Positions 49,664-63,954 of a stretch of DNA of 64,000 bases are shown here, piece after piece. This DNA is from Setoptus koraiensis. Its lineage: Eukaryota; Animalia; Arthropoda. A program made the position numbers and the translations under genes. The notes beneath the pieces are model-generated. The model did no database searches. It was not told the DNA's origin and was given only the letters and a program-made list of their open reading frames with translations. The stretch spans positions 12,338,001-12,402,000 of the forward strand of contig CM106585.1 of NCBI GenBank assembly GCA_048013815.1. The letters are read 5' to 3'. Position 1 is the first letter of the stretch; every line of letters starts with the position of its first letter.

Positions 49664-52600
49664 AGGAACTCCCCCGCAGCCGGAGGGGAGCTGTGTTCGG
49701 CGGCGGCGGGGGCGGCGGCGCCGAACGAGGAGGGGAGCGCGCGACAACTCGTGACGCAATTCACTGATTGCAATTGTTGAGCGTGTCGAGATGGCGAGCG
49801 AGTCGCAAATGAGCGATTAAAGTGTCTGAATAGAAATATGAAAAGTTATCAGCGGATAAGTGAAACGAGAGACGAGCTTGCAAACTCAAGACGGGTCATT
49901 TTCATGGTATCTTGTTGGCTTGTTGTGGGCGCGCTCAAAGAGAAGCCCTATGACATTGAAAGAGAGCAGCAACTAATTGGACGGGAGCTAGCGCACATGA
50001 CAAGACGATATTGGCAAGACGATCGCCCCCCGCCCGTTCACCTAGTCGCCTAGCTTCGCCGCAATCAGTGCAGCAATCCTGTTGTGCTGCAGTATCCAAA
50101 TTGCAATAATTGTCATGCGGCAGCGAGCACCGCTGCTAAATACCTAACTCGTCGCAAATAACTATAGCTAGACGAATATATGTGTATCGGCTGATTGCAG
50201 CAGCCGACCGAGCGGCGCTGTCGATGGGTTAGTCGTCAATAACGAAGACGAAATGGAATAACGCGACGTTACAAGTATGTGCGATATGACTTGTGGGCGT
50301 ACGAAGAGCGAAACGAATTTTATCTAGGCGTCTCTCGCTGTTGTCTCATGCCGGCTGCCATTGCTAACTGACTCGCTTATTTATATGACTATTACATATA
50401 TTTGCAAATATGAGCGAGTGCTCGAAATGTTGCTGAAGTTTATGGTTTATTTCATTTAATGATTTGGCACCCGTCCGTGTCTGATTGGCTGGCTGCTCAA
50501 CAAGCAGCCCGCTAAAAGTGAACAACACACATTCCTGCCATTGGAGCGTCGTTACAATTGTAAGAAGAAAAAAACGTTACGATTGAGATGCTCACACCGA
50601 CTAGCTTGCCAAAATATTGTGCCACACAACATTTGGCAAAATGTGAAGCATGCTAATGAATGCAGCAGCAGCAACAATCAATCTGCGCCACCCACCGCTG
50701 ATGTATAATCGTTGTGGTCGCGTAATGGCGCTGATAATTGAATGATTGGTGAACTATGCCCATTGATGTGAGTGCCGTTCAATGGGGCCGCACAGTCATT
50801 GCAACCCAAGTTATGTGAGCCAACACACAATTTAATATGTGGATTTGATCGGTGCTCGCCGTGGCCCGCACAATTCATATCAGGCCCAGTGCAGCGCATT
50901 GGGGCCGTCTTGAGTGGCGAGCTATTGGTTGGCAGACGAAATGAGCTCGGTCCGGATTCAATTTAAAATGTGGCGCGGTATCATCGGTAACAGATGCCGT
51001 TGTTTTGGACGCATATATTGCATAATAAGTTGTTAGTTGTCGCTGTGCTGTTGTCGGCGAACATTCGTTATGAGTGCCAAAGACGGTGACTTTGCATACT
51101 GCAACCCGGCAATATGACAACATGCCAACCGATGATTGTTGCTCGTGATAAGTGATGATGCTGCTAAATGATATCGCGCACACACACACACACATAGGTC
51201 AGATAATCAATGCTGGTCACGGCTAGCCGGCATACTGAGCACAGGGGGCCCCTCTGACAGCGATAGAGAGAGAGAGAGAGAGAGAGAGGGACGGCGAAAA
51301 CAGCAACAACAAAATAAACAAGTCAAGTGGACAACAGCGACCGCCGGCTTGATTGTCGGCGCGGGCGCGGTGCTGCAGTGATAATACAGTAATATAGTGA
51401 TAATAAGGCAGTAATGATACCATCACACAGCGAGCCCCACTGTAGCGAAATAAAGAGATCGGCTGGCTGTTTACTTGAAAACATATTTACATCCGAGCTT
51501 GTCTGTTTTTTGTGCGCAGCGCTCAATACAGCACAATACAGGGCGACTCTCGCGAGCCGCCGAGCTGGCTGGCGAGACCTTTTGAGACCCGTTGAGACGG
51601 CAGATGACGAACAACAACAACAACAACAACAGTCTCGACTCAATTCAATTTAATTCAATTCAATTCGGCATTCGCCCGGCCATCATACTAATACCGACAG
51701 AATAATGTCGGCGTGTGTTGGTGCCGGCGCTGCTGTTGTTGTTGTTATTGGTGCCGCCGCCGCTGTCGTTGTTGATGGCGCCGCTGTTGTTGTTGCCGCT
51801 GTTGTTGTTGGCGCTGTTGTCGTTGGTGCTGCTGTTGTGCAGTCACGTCCATCAAGATATTCAAGATGCGGCACTATTTGACGATATGCGACAGAGACTG
51901 TCGCAATAGTCAAATAGTATAGGCAATATCATGAGCAGCCCACTGGCATAGTGACACGACTGGATCGACGACGCTCCAGTTGCGCCCTGGCAAGCGAGCG
52001 GCGCTCCAGTTTCAGTTGAGCCCAGTCGTTGTCTTGTTGTGATGAACTCGATGATAGCGCACAGGCATCTTGAGCTCACAATCGGTAGCGCACACACACA
52101 TAGTTTACATCGGCGCCGCCGTGATTTACACACATAATTATATAATAATGGCGAATGCTCGCTAACTGTCTCGCACGGTCGATGGCTCGCTGTTTGCGGG
52201 TTTGCGCGCTCTCCCTATCGCTCGCTAGCTCGCTCTCTCTGTCTCTGTCTCATATGAATAATAGTAGTTATTTTAAAGAGCAGCCCAAGCGAGAGACACG
52301 CTTGCCGAATGGGGATAAAGCGACGACGTTGTCGCAAATAGCGCGCCAGCAACAGACGAACAGGCGAAACGGCAAAATAAATTCCGGTTACGGCCCAGGC
52401 GGCGCATATGGCGCCGCCGGGCCGGCTGGCAATAAACGAACGGGTGCGAGAAATAAAGTATGTAACTAACTTTTTCTAGAACGGCAACTCGCTACTCGAG
52501 CAACTGCTAGCTAGCGAGTGAGCTCGCGAACGCCGATATGCGACGCCGCTATATGCAGCGCACGGCCGCTATTGCGTATATGTGCAATGTTGTGTATCAC

Positions 52601-53925
52601 ATACAACGCACACACACACATGCGGCAAATGTAGTCAATTTTCAATAGACTAATACACAATATAATGTATAATAGGCGTCGGTGATGTAATTGTGGCAAT
52701 CAACGGCGACGCGCATTAAAATAAATATATATGTATGTTCGTGTGTCAAGCGATATAAATAATAAAAAACTTTCACTTCTGATCAGCGACTACGAGCAGC
52801 CCGACAGAGCGAGAGACAGAGAGACAGAGGCAAAGGAGAGAGGGGCATCAATCAACGACGACTCAGAGCGCGACAAGAGAATTGAATGACGACCACGACG
52901 ACTCGCACTGCGACGATGAATGATCGCAACAAATAAAGTAACGTTTGTATCGATCCTCTTTCATGCCATCTCTCTGCATGTCTGTGTAGGTGTGCGTGTG
53001 TGTGTCGTCATCTCCGTTACTCTCGCACTAGTCACATAACCAGTTGGCTGTCAAGTCATTGTGTCCAGTTTTTGTGTCATTGTCCGACCAGCAAGCGCTA
53101 GCAAACGCAAAAAAAGTTGTAACCATTATTATTACGTAAGTTGCGCGCACACACACACACACGCGCAAACCCACACGTAACGGCGCTAGGTGCTGTCAGT
53201 AGCAACAACAACAACAACAACAACAACAACATTGGGTAATAGTTGGCGGTAACTAGTATCCAGTATCCAGTTTCGACAACTACGCACAAATTGTGCTGCT
53301 CATCGCATTGTGTTCAAATCGACAGTATAACAACATTGCAATAGTTACAATTTACACTGCTAAATTATATCTATCTCGTTCACGTGGCTTGTTGTGTCGA
53401 TAATAGTGGTACATGTGCCCAGCGACAAATAGCCTAGACAAAAATTAATAATCAGTGTGCTCGAGCGATGGCCAGCGCAAGATAACAACAAAACAGAGTT
53501 TGAATGTGTTGTTGTGTGTACAAAAGTACAAAACAGCAATTTATTTTAGGAGGTGCCGCTCGTTATTATAGCTATATTCGCTTATAGTTAGTGTGTTATA
53601 TGTTATATAACCCCCAAGTAAAAGATAACAAGTGTGAATGTTATTGTTGTCAAGTGAACCGTTATGTAATTGCAGCCAGCGAGAGAGTGCCGCAGTGTGC
53701 GCCAACCAAGTGGACCACAACTTATCAGCGAGCGTCAAGCACGTCTCACATTTACCCAGAAGCTGACTGAAAGCAACAAATAAATTAATTGCAATTATCA
53801 CTATCGCACACCAGACAATAACAATCACAACATACAATTATTCAATTAACAACTTTACACTCAATAGCCAGACAATATCAATCAGACAACAATCAATCAA
53901 TAGCAGTTATATAACAGCAATCAGC

Positions 53926-55459
53926 ATGGCCGAGTACGGTCTCTCCGACGAGCAAATATCCGAATTTGCTGAGGCATTCAAATTGTTCGACAAGGACCTA
54001 GACGGAAGGATTACATCGTCTGAGTTGGGCATAGTTATGAGGTCGTTGGGCCAGAGGCCCACAGAGCAAGAGCTGAAGAACATGGTGACCATTGTTGATC
54101 AGGACGGAAACGGAACAATAGAGTTTAACGAATTTTTGTGTAAGTAAAACTCATTATTGACGAATTGGTTGGTTGGTTATCATTAATTGGCAATCCGTTC
54201 ACTGGTTTGCCTGTTTATTTACTCGCTTATTAATCGATTGATTCATCAATTAATTTCCACCGACATGAAATGGAACAACACTGCTATAGGCCTCATGTCA
54301 AGAAAGGCCAAAGAGACTGACAGGGAGGAAGAACTTAGAGAAGCCTTCAGAGTGTTTGATAGAAACGGCGATGGTTACATAAGTGCGCCAGAGCTCAGAT
54401 TGGTTATGACAAATTTAGGTGAGAAACTAACGGACGAAGAGGTCGAGGATATGATTAAAGAGGCCGACTTAGATGGAGATGGTGTAGTGAGCTACGATGG
54501 TGAGTACAATAGTAGTTTATTCTTCTCTCTATACCATACTGTATCAACTTGTTTACGATAACAATACAATTGATTTAGTAAGATGGTGCCAATCCTTCAA
54601 AACGTTTCTCGTAGCGTTTCTCGAAGTTGTTGCCTTCGAGCTTATTCAAATCAGGAGGCCATTTATCATTGATGCAATGCCCCTATAAGCTGCTGCCTGT
54701 AAGTGGTATTGCGATTATTACGCAAACCACAAACACAGATCGCCCACATGATTGATAATTGGTTGGTTATATAATATCACAAATTCAAGGTGCAACATTC
54801 TCTCTCATATCGATTGCATTGCCTCTATTGCTCGCATTGTTCCCCATGCTATTTGTTACATTATGTAACCATTCAAAACATATGGAGCATTACATGAGCT
54901 GCACTTTATTCAATCTGTTCAATGGATTGCAGTGGTGCGATTGCAACGTGATTGATGATTATGCAGCATTTTGGGAGGTGGGTTATTGTATGGAACTGAA
55001 ATAGCGTTGCAAACGAGCTCGATACTGCAAATTATTTAAATCACTGCCACTGGGTTATCCAATGCGGTTATTTAATATCTGCAATGATGATGATGATGAT
55101 AAGATAAACAATTCGGTGTTTAGGCATGCATACCATTTAATAATGGACAACGCGGACTGTAAGACGTGCGGGGGCGGCAGCCATCCTCGGGCGCTTGTTT
55201 GTTGCTGGTCTCCATTTGGGGCGGCAGCCTAGATTGTCGCAACTTTCAATTATGTTATGTAATCTATATATTAATTCGTGACACTCTGTTACACTGGCTG
55301 CAATGAGCTGTTATTTGATGCTTACAAATAACTAATTATCTCATAAAAAAGCACTTTGCTACTGCAAACATAGTCTCACTCATGGTACATAATTCATCTT
55401 CTCTATCACATATATTGATGTAAATAGAATTCGTTGCCGTCCTCATGACGCCCAAATGA
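53926..55459 (+). CDS. Calmodulin-like EF-hand protein (divergent paralog, not canonical CaM); join(53926..54139,54290..54499,55428..55459), 151 aa
   Basis: Four canonical EF loops ([48 protein letters not shown]), [13 protein letters not shown]; two phase-1 GT-AG introns; last exon [10 protein letters not shown]. Many substitutions relative to invariant animal CaM. Confidence 0.92.
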
Positions 55460-56613
55460 GATGATGATTCACCAGACCCGTTTAGTAGCCAGATAAGATT
55501 TTATTATTATGTCATTACAAATACTATCACGCGCGTTATTGGACAAAGATAATGGCGACAACAGCAACAGCAACAAAAGAACAATTAAGAAACATAAAGT
55601 TCAGATAAGACTCAATCATGACCATGCAATCTAATGCACATATATATCCATACATGATGGAAAAATAGAAACAAAGAATGAGCATCAATGTCACCATGAC
55701 AAACACCAAGTATATTGATTGTATATGATTATGATTAAATATCTAAGAAAATTATAATTACTTAGTTAAAACACACCCAGGCGAACTAATGAACATTTGG
55801 AGAGTACCAACCACACTTGATGACAATTTTCTATGAATGTTCTATAAATGAAAAACAAAAACTACAATGATAATTGTCGATGATCAAACTAAATGCGGCC
55901 AGTTAAATGTTATCACATGTCAAGGTTACGACATAAACAAAGTTACCACTCTTATTATCCCTTGATACCAAGGATTATTGATTCATGGATGACAGATAAT
56001 AGAAATTCTATAGACTAATGTATATTAATAATAATTGATACTTTATGTATGTCTGTTGAGACCAATGTAAATAAATATTTGGAGCTTTTGGTTAATTGTT
56101 TGTTAATAATAATTTCAATTAAAGACAAGTCAGAACAATGTTATACACAAAGATGTTTTTTGCTGCTGTTGTCGTGACGCATGCAGTTGGATTTTGGAAT
56201 ATATACCGTTTTGATATCTCCGTTATCTTGATAACAATTGCATGGATACATGATGCCCGATTGATCTGTGCCGCCTATTATCTGTTGTCTATAGTATAGA
56301 CTAAAAATTGTCGCAACATGTGACTCATGATAATCACTGGCCTCTCTAGCCCAACTACAGCAAAGATTGTTGTCTAATCGATCTAATTCATGCCAATTGA
56401 TTGAATCGATATGTACGCTTGGCATGTACTTGTAACTGAATAGCTACAATTGTGCTTCTGTTTTGATAGAGATGTCTCACCAATTCAGCCAATCACAGCC
56501 ACTGTTACTCTACACAAATTCTACCTCAACAAAACAAAAATAGTTTGGGTGACCTGTGTGTTCCACTTGCCAGCTAGACTGGTCACATTTGGCATTGAAA
56601 ACAGTTTAAAGAT

Positions 56614-58791
56614 ATGATCATCACTATTAAAGGTGTTCGTTTTATGGTGGCCATTCTGGCTGCCTTTGCTTCATTTTTCTCCTACGTATGTCGGTTCAAC
56701 CTGAGGTAAGTGTGAGCCCATCTCTCACCTTTATAGTACTATCGACGATTGTTCGGCATATTTAGTAAAATACCCATATACATGTTAGTTTGGCCATAAT
56801 TGCCATGGTCAAGCCACAGAGCAACGCCACCAGATCGGATATGGTAAAATCAATCACCTCAATAGTTGATATCACACCGGAAGAACAAATGTTGGCCTGG
56901 TTGCCTCCGCACAAGTATTATCCGAAAGTTGCACCATCTAAAATAGTGTTGAATTCATTGATGCAGGACAATATCACCATTAGAGTGGACGCAAACACTA
57001 ACCTAATTAACCCAACTATTACCGAAAACGACGCTACAAACACACAGGGTAACAATGAAGAGCAACAAGATGATTCTACCTCAATACCCATTTCACCTCA
57101 TCATGCGGAACCAGTTTTACTCGATTGGACCGCTAAAAATCAAGATTCCATTTTGGGTGCCTTCTTTTATGGTTATGTAATAGCACAGATACCCGCAACC
57201 AGATGCGCTGAAATTTGGGGCGCCAAATGGCTTTTTATTGCGGCTGGCCTGGGCTCGGGACTAGTGACATTGTTATTTCCTTGGGTGGCACAAAACACAC
57301 CAGTCGCCAGTGTATTTATGGCTCGATTTATTATGGGCGTCCTACAGAGCGGGGTATTTCCTGCCTCTTACGTTCTTTTGAGTGATTGGCTGCCGCCAAT
57401 TGAACGATCAAAATGGTTACCAATACCATCGGCAGCCAGTCGCGTTGGTATGATCGTTATAAGCCTGCTGTATAGCACTATCATCACCCATTACAATTGG
57501 CAAACAGTGTTCTATTTCAGTGCTTTAGCGACTTTGATCTGGACTCTAATCTGGTTTATCGTTGGCTCAAGCAGACCCAAGGATAACTTGTTTATAGGCC
57601 GAGAAGAATTATTGTACATAGAGACCAATTTGAAGGCGAGAACAGAACTCAAAGAGCCCAACTCGCAATTGGGCCCCAATGAGAAAGTTTTCAAGAAACC
57701 AATTGATTGGTTGAAATTAATAAAATCACGCAGTATCTGGATAATGACACTGGTAATGTTTGCATCCGAATGGAGCAATATGCTCTTGTTCCTGTTGATG
57801 CCACGTTTCTTCGCCGGCCCTTTGAAAATGGACTTGGGAGAGGTAACTTGCCAGTTTCGTTAAAAACATGACTGTAATATCAGTCAATTTTATCTTTCAC
57901 TAATCACTTTCACTAATCATAACCTACCTATCAATCTGGTATTTATTTAGAGTGGTTCCTGGAGCTCCATGATAGTCCTGGTATACTGTTTCAATTTGCC
58001 CCTCACTGGTTATCTATCCTCAAAAATGGTAGAGCATAAGTTTATGAATCTATCGACACTTCACATAAGGAAATTGTTTGAATTTTTCGGTTAGTGACGC
58101 TATCAATTTGAAGACTTATCAAGATGCACATGCACTCTCCAATAACCAATTGCTTTCTTCTCGTTCCGACAACAATTATGCAGCTCAACTAACTCAGGCC
58201 TTGGGATCATTCATGCTGGTCTTCGTTACCGGCAAGGCACCCATATTGATCGCCTTGTTTACTATCATACTTGGACGCAGCTCTATTGGCGGAGGTCAAT
58301 GTCAATTACCGAGCGACCTCAGTAAAGGTAAGCAGTGTTCTGGCTATTTTTAAATTAAACTGAATCAATGCCGTTCATCATAAATGTATTCCTTTTGTTT
58401 TGTTCATTTCAATCTTTCTAAAGATCATTCAGGTACAATCTTTGCTTTCGGTAACACTATTTCCAATATAGCTTGTTTTGCTGGGCCCGCTTTGTTTACT
58501 TACATAGTCATGGAAGACTATGCTGAAAACTTTGGCGCTTGGATAAACTTATGGTTAATAAGCACTGCCATATTTCTGGTGTGTGGCATACTTTTTACTT
58601 TGTTCGGTGATAATGAATGCCAGGATTTCAGTAAAGTAACAAGCGAGACCAGTTCGTCCCGTATAGCTCTGGACAAAAACAATGAATTTTCATTGAAAGC
58701 AACAACTTCAAATCCTTACATTACGTCCACTGGTCAGACCAAAGTTTCGAATGATCAAAAGATTGATATTCCCTCAGGCAATAAATTTTAA
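56614..58791 (+). CDS. SLC17 (sialin/VGLUT/Na-phosphate-type) MFS anion transporter; join(56614..56705,56789..57842,57951..58089,58184..58327,58424..58791), 598 aa
   Basis: RFNLSLAIIAMV, DWTAKNQDSILGAFFYGY, WLPPIERS, DWLKLIKSRSIW, DLSKDHSGTIFAFGNT; four GT-AG introns with consistent phases. Subfamily not assignable by eye. Confidence 0.92.
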
Positions 58792-59324
58792 AATTTCAAA
58801 ACTCTAACTGTATAATCTAAAGAATAAAGAATTCAATTATCGTTTTTATGTAATTAGTAGAATTTATCGACAACAAACAGTCTGCAGGAAATGCTCATAA
58901 GAGTGTCCGACGAATCATTACGAACATCTCTCGCTAATCGAAACTCACTCATAATCATTCACCGCTGTCTGAGATAAGTTGGTGCAATTTCATAGATTTT
59001 TGAGATAATCAATATTGGTTGAGTTCATTAGTCTTTATTGATCAAACATTGTCATGAAGGACATCAAGATCCTAAGATATTTATTAGTTATTTTGAAATT
59101 TGTTAGCTATAAAATAAATAGTCGATAGAGATCTTTCAGATTAACACCTATATTACGATCTTGTCATCAGTAATGTAAAAATCTTATTATGAAATACCTT
59201 CATATATATGGTGTGTTTGTGTATATATACATATATATAGTAACAAGAGAGGAATTGATCTAACAAAACTAATCATAAGGCTAGATTAAGAATCTATTTC
59301 TTACAATAAACAATACATCTATCA

Positions 59325-60542
59325 CTACTTTGATGTGGTACGGTTTCGAAGCAACCTAGCTATACACCTGTTGCCACTAGATAGCCTAGACACAAATTTT
59401 TCCATGTTATTCGCTCTGTCTCTATCATTTCTAGCCTCAATGAATTGCTGTAACCTTAATTGTGAAGGCAGATTGAGGCGTCCGCTGGAGATCGCATTAG
59501 AAACAATAGATTTGCGATCGAAAGAACGCTTCCTAAAAATTTTACTTTGCCTCGTCCTACCATCAGTATCTTTTTGAAAATGTGAATGAATGGAACCCGT
59601 ACAAGACGATATAGATTCAGTTGGCTCTAAACTAAGTGTTGGTGCATTACATAAAACTATTTGTGACTCTAAATGCAATCGATCTTGGAATGTCCAAACA
59701 GTATCACAATCTTGGCTTTCCATTAAGTTGATCATATCATTGAACATTGATAGATTTGTTGGCTTGAGCAGGATGAAGTTGCTTGTATGAGATGACTGTT
59801 GAACTTTGTCCTTTGAATTAATATTATTATTGTTATTATTAATATTATTGGTAGTATTGATATATTCATAGCTATCATATGAAATATTCGTAATATTAAA
59901 GTGAATTGATTCATTTGTTTGACGAGTGTTAAGGTGATCTCGGTAATCAACTTGACCATTAGTCTGTTGGGGTTTATCAATATCGGAAGCACTACGGAAA
60001 TCACGTATTTCAATAATTAAACAGCCACTGTGCCATATTCTGTATTGACATAAAGATTGCGACCTATCAATCAATTGTATGAGAAGAGGAGGTAGCTCTT
60101 CGTTATCAATAAATTCTAGAAGACTTGTTTCCTCGTAAGATAATTTGGCAGTTTCGAAGACAATATTGCTATCATTTTTGTTGTTGGGCATCCGATCAAA
60201 CCTTGAGCTATCTCCATTATTATTAGTATTGTTATTACTATTAATATTACTATTGTTGCTGCTGTTATTGTTGGTATTAGTGTTATTGATTACATTGTTG
60301 TTGTGTATACCTTTGGAGATTGGCTTCTGGGTTGTGTAGTGAGAATTGTTGGAAGCACCGTTAATCCTGACGGCTATAGTATATCCCAGATCATGTGTAT
60401 ATAGGTTTAAAACAAGGTGGTTGAGCTTCTCTCTGCGAACTAGCTCAGCCAATAAATTGGACCTACATGTATGCGGTATAGATTCACCAGGATCATCTTT
60501 GTGGGATAATAAACGTTTTATCAATGGATACGTGTCCGACAT
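59325..60542 (-). CDS. SUPT20H: Spt20 (SAGA complex subunit), 405 aa, apparently intronless
   Basis: NLLAELVRREKLNHLVLNLY...GY, LSYEETSLLEFIDNEELPPLLIQLI, HSGCLIIEIRDFR, ILLKPT, WTFQDRLHLESQIVL match the Spt20 domain. The N-terminus could have an upstream exon. Confidence 0.88.
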   Translation of the reverse strand: MSDTYPLIKRLLSHKDDPGESIPHTCRSNLLAELVRREKLNHLVLNLYTHDLGYTIAVRINGASNNSHYTTQKPISKGIHNNNVINNTNTNNNSSNNSNINSNNNTNNNGDSSRFDRMPNNKNDSNIVFETAKLSYEETSLLEFIDNEELPPLLIQLIDRSQSLCQYRIWHSGCLIIEIRDFRSASDIDKPQQTNGQVDYRDHLNTRQTNESIHFNITNISYDSYEYINTTNNINNNNNNINSKDKVQQSSHTSNFILLKPTNLSMFNDMINLMESQDCDTVWTFQDRLHLESQIVLCNAPTLSLEPTESISSCTGSIHSHFQKDTDGRTRQSKIFRKRSFDRKSIVSNAISSGRLNLPSQLRLQQFIEARNDRDRANNMEKFVSRLSSGNRCIARLLRNRTTSK

Positions 60543-61359
60543 TTCATCTGCTAGTGTGTGTGGCTAATGAATGGGTCTATTAATAATGTGATAATAATAG
60601 AAAGATAGATAGGGCCCAGAAAAAATTATGTAAGCGAAACATATCTTCAATTTATATATACTTCATCATTGATTCCTTAAGGTCAATCTTGTATACTGAA
60701 TGAAGGGGCGCGAGTTTTAATTTTTTTTTTCTTTTGCCTATTACAATAATTGTGCACCAGAGGCCTCTCACTGATTCGATCCCACTGGAGCCTGCTCCAT
60801 TCCCCATGTGTGGCGACTTGGTCACTAGTTTTAGGTGCACCATGTCGCGCGTGGACATGTGTGTGAGTAAGTGTGTGAGTGTGTGTGTGTGTGCAACATC
60901 CTCTGCATTTAATGCTGGCACTACAATTGGCTGGCCTATGCGCTCACCACTCACTGCAACGTGCTCATTGTGCACTTTTCCCTAAGCAATGCACCTGATT
61001 AGGTGAAATTCCACAAGAGCGGCGCTGTTTTGCTTTCTCTTCATGGAATGTGAGCAAGTGGCGCTGAGTCATGTAGTGTTAAAATTGTGTGCCAGCGATG
61101 CCCCTAGCGTTCTAACTCCATTTCTCCTTGTGGAATTCTCTTCGTTACCAACAGTGCAAAATCGTCAATTCATTCGCCAAACAATCAACCAAACAAGCAG
61201 AGCTCCATTGTGCTTCCTGATGGTGTGGCCAGCGCCTCTTGCGAACGCATTTATAACCAGGTGCCGGGCTCTTGTAAAAATCTCACAGTACGTTCGGTGA
61301 TCAGTTGCTACAGCATTTAATAATTACCTCTACCACGACTAATATATTATTAATAATAG

Positions 61360-62475
<1,116 letters not shown>

Positions 62476-62503
62476 GGCACTATTAGGAATAAGTGAGAGA
62501 AAT

Positions 62504-62509
62504 AATAAA
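62504..62509 (+). promoter_or_regulatory. AATAAA polyadenylation signal for PRMT1
   Basis: 28 nt after the PRMT1 stop codon, in the 79-bp gap before the SDHC stop. Confidence 0.6.
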
Positions 62510-62554
62510 AACATATCTTATAAATAATTCAATACATCAATATGAACTTCCTAA

Positions 62555-63079
62555 TTAACCCCTTATAAATAAAATGACTGTTCCAACCGCAGTAAGGGCA
62601 ACTACAACATAACCACTGATGTAAAGGTGCTTCAATTTAAAACCGTAGCCAGTATCCCAAAAGAGATGCCGAACTCCATTCAGCGTGTGATAAATAAGAC
62701 TAGCTCCAATGATTGTCTTTGAACCTAGTATAATCATACCAGGTACATTGTTTTGTATGAGGCTAACCACTTCAGGAAAGCTAATTGATGTACAGAATAG
62801 AGCTCCTATTCCTGCTCCATATAAAACGGCACTAGTTCCTACGCCGGTGATTCTATGCATAATAGAGAGGGTAGATGTTAATTGGGGCTTATAAACTGAC
62901 AGGTGAGGCGACATAGGTCTATTGAGATCCTTATTCTTCGTCCAGAACTCCTTGTCTCTGATTTCTTGAGTTTTGACTGGGTTCATGGTAAAGCTAGCTG
63001 TTGCCCTTGAGCTCATGACATGGGTTACGGTTTGTCTGCTATACATCTGAGCAAACCGGGTCAATATTAATGATGACAT
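62555..63079 (-). CDS. SDHC: Succinate dehydrogenase cytochrome b560 subunit, 174 aa, intronless
   Basis: Mitochondrial-type leader, RPMSPHLSVYKPQLTSTLSIMHRITG, HTLNGVRHLFWD, three TM helices. Confidence 0.96.
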   Translation of the reverse strand: MSSLILTRFAQMYSRQTVTHVMSSRATASFTMNPVKTQEIRDKEFWTKNKDLNRPMSPHLSVYKPQLTSTLSIMHRITGVGTSAVLYGAGIGALFCTSISFPEVVSLIQNNVPGMIILGSKTIIGASLIYHTLNGVRHLFWDTGYGFKLKHLYISGYVVVALTAVGTVILFIRG

Positions 63080-63897
63080 GTTTGTTTAATGTTAACAATG
63101 AATATCTCAGTCTTTAGTTCGTATGATAAAAGATCGGTACAGGTAGATGTAATTAAGAGATTTTTGTGGTCGAATTAAATAACTATTTCAAGTGCATGTA
63201 GTCGTCCAAGATTTTAGAGTCAACACTAAATCCATCGGTAGAGACGCGCCAGATTCAAAGGTTTTAGCGCCTCTTAGGGAAATCTCCATCTAGACATGAC
63301 TATTATTTACAGCTATTTGTTCGCATAAGCAATCAACTAATCAAGTACTGATGATGAATTTGCACCGAGCTCAAGATTGGAGGTCGATTCTACTGTGTCT
63401 TAAGGGATGTTACATCTAGTTGACACATTCATAAGTCGCATCTTCTCTTTCTAGAATTCTGGTATCCCTTCTTCTTTCACTTTTGTCAATCGCTTGCTGG
63501 CGATCGCATGTAGGTAGTACATTTTGTTCTCTCTGATTGTTCTGATGAAACATAGATAACCCTGCTTTCACCTTAATTCATTCATCTTGATCAGATACCA
63601 TTACCGTTGCGGGTTATTGCAACAGTTTCCACGATTTTGAGTCGCCATTCCATGAGTACTAGAACACTGGTATACACAACAACAACGAAAATTTGGGAAC
63701 AAGTACTGCTAAAATATATCATTCGGAGATCAATCATATGAGCCGTCTAGACTGTCTAGAAGTACACCGAGCATGAGTGGCTTGGGTATTCCGATGTGAA
63801 TCCCTCTTCATAAATTGAAATTCACCCGTTTGATTTGAGATACTTTTGCTTGGAATCAAGTTGTGTCCTAGTTATACGAATATTAAGCTCTATTCAT

Positions 63898-63901
<4 letters not shown>

Positions 63902-63951
<50 letters not shown>
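63902..63951. repeat. (TA)n microsatellite
   Basis: Read directly from sequence. Confidence 0.97.
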
Positions 63952-63954
<3 letters not shown>

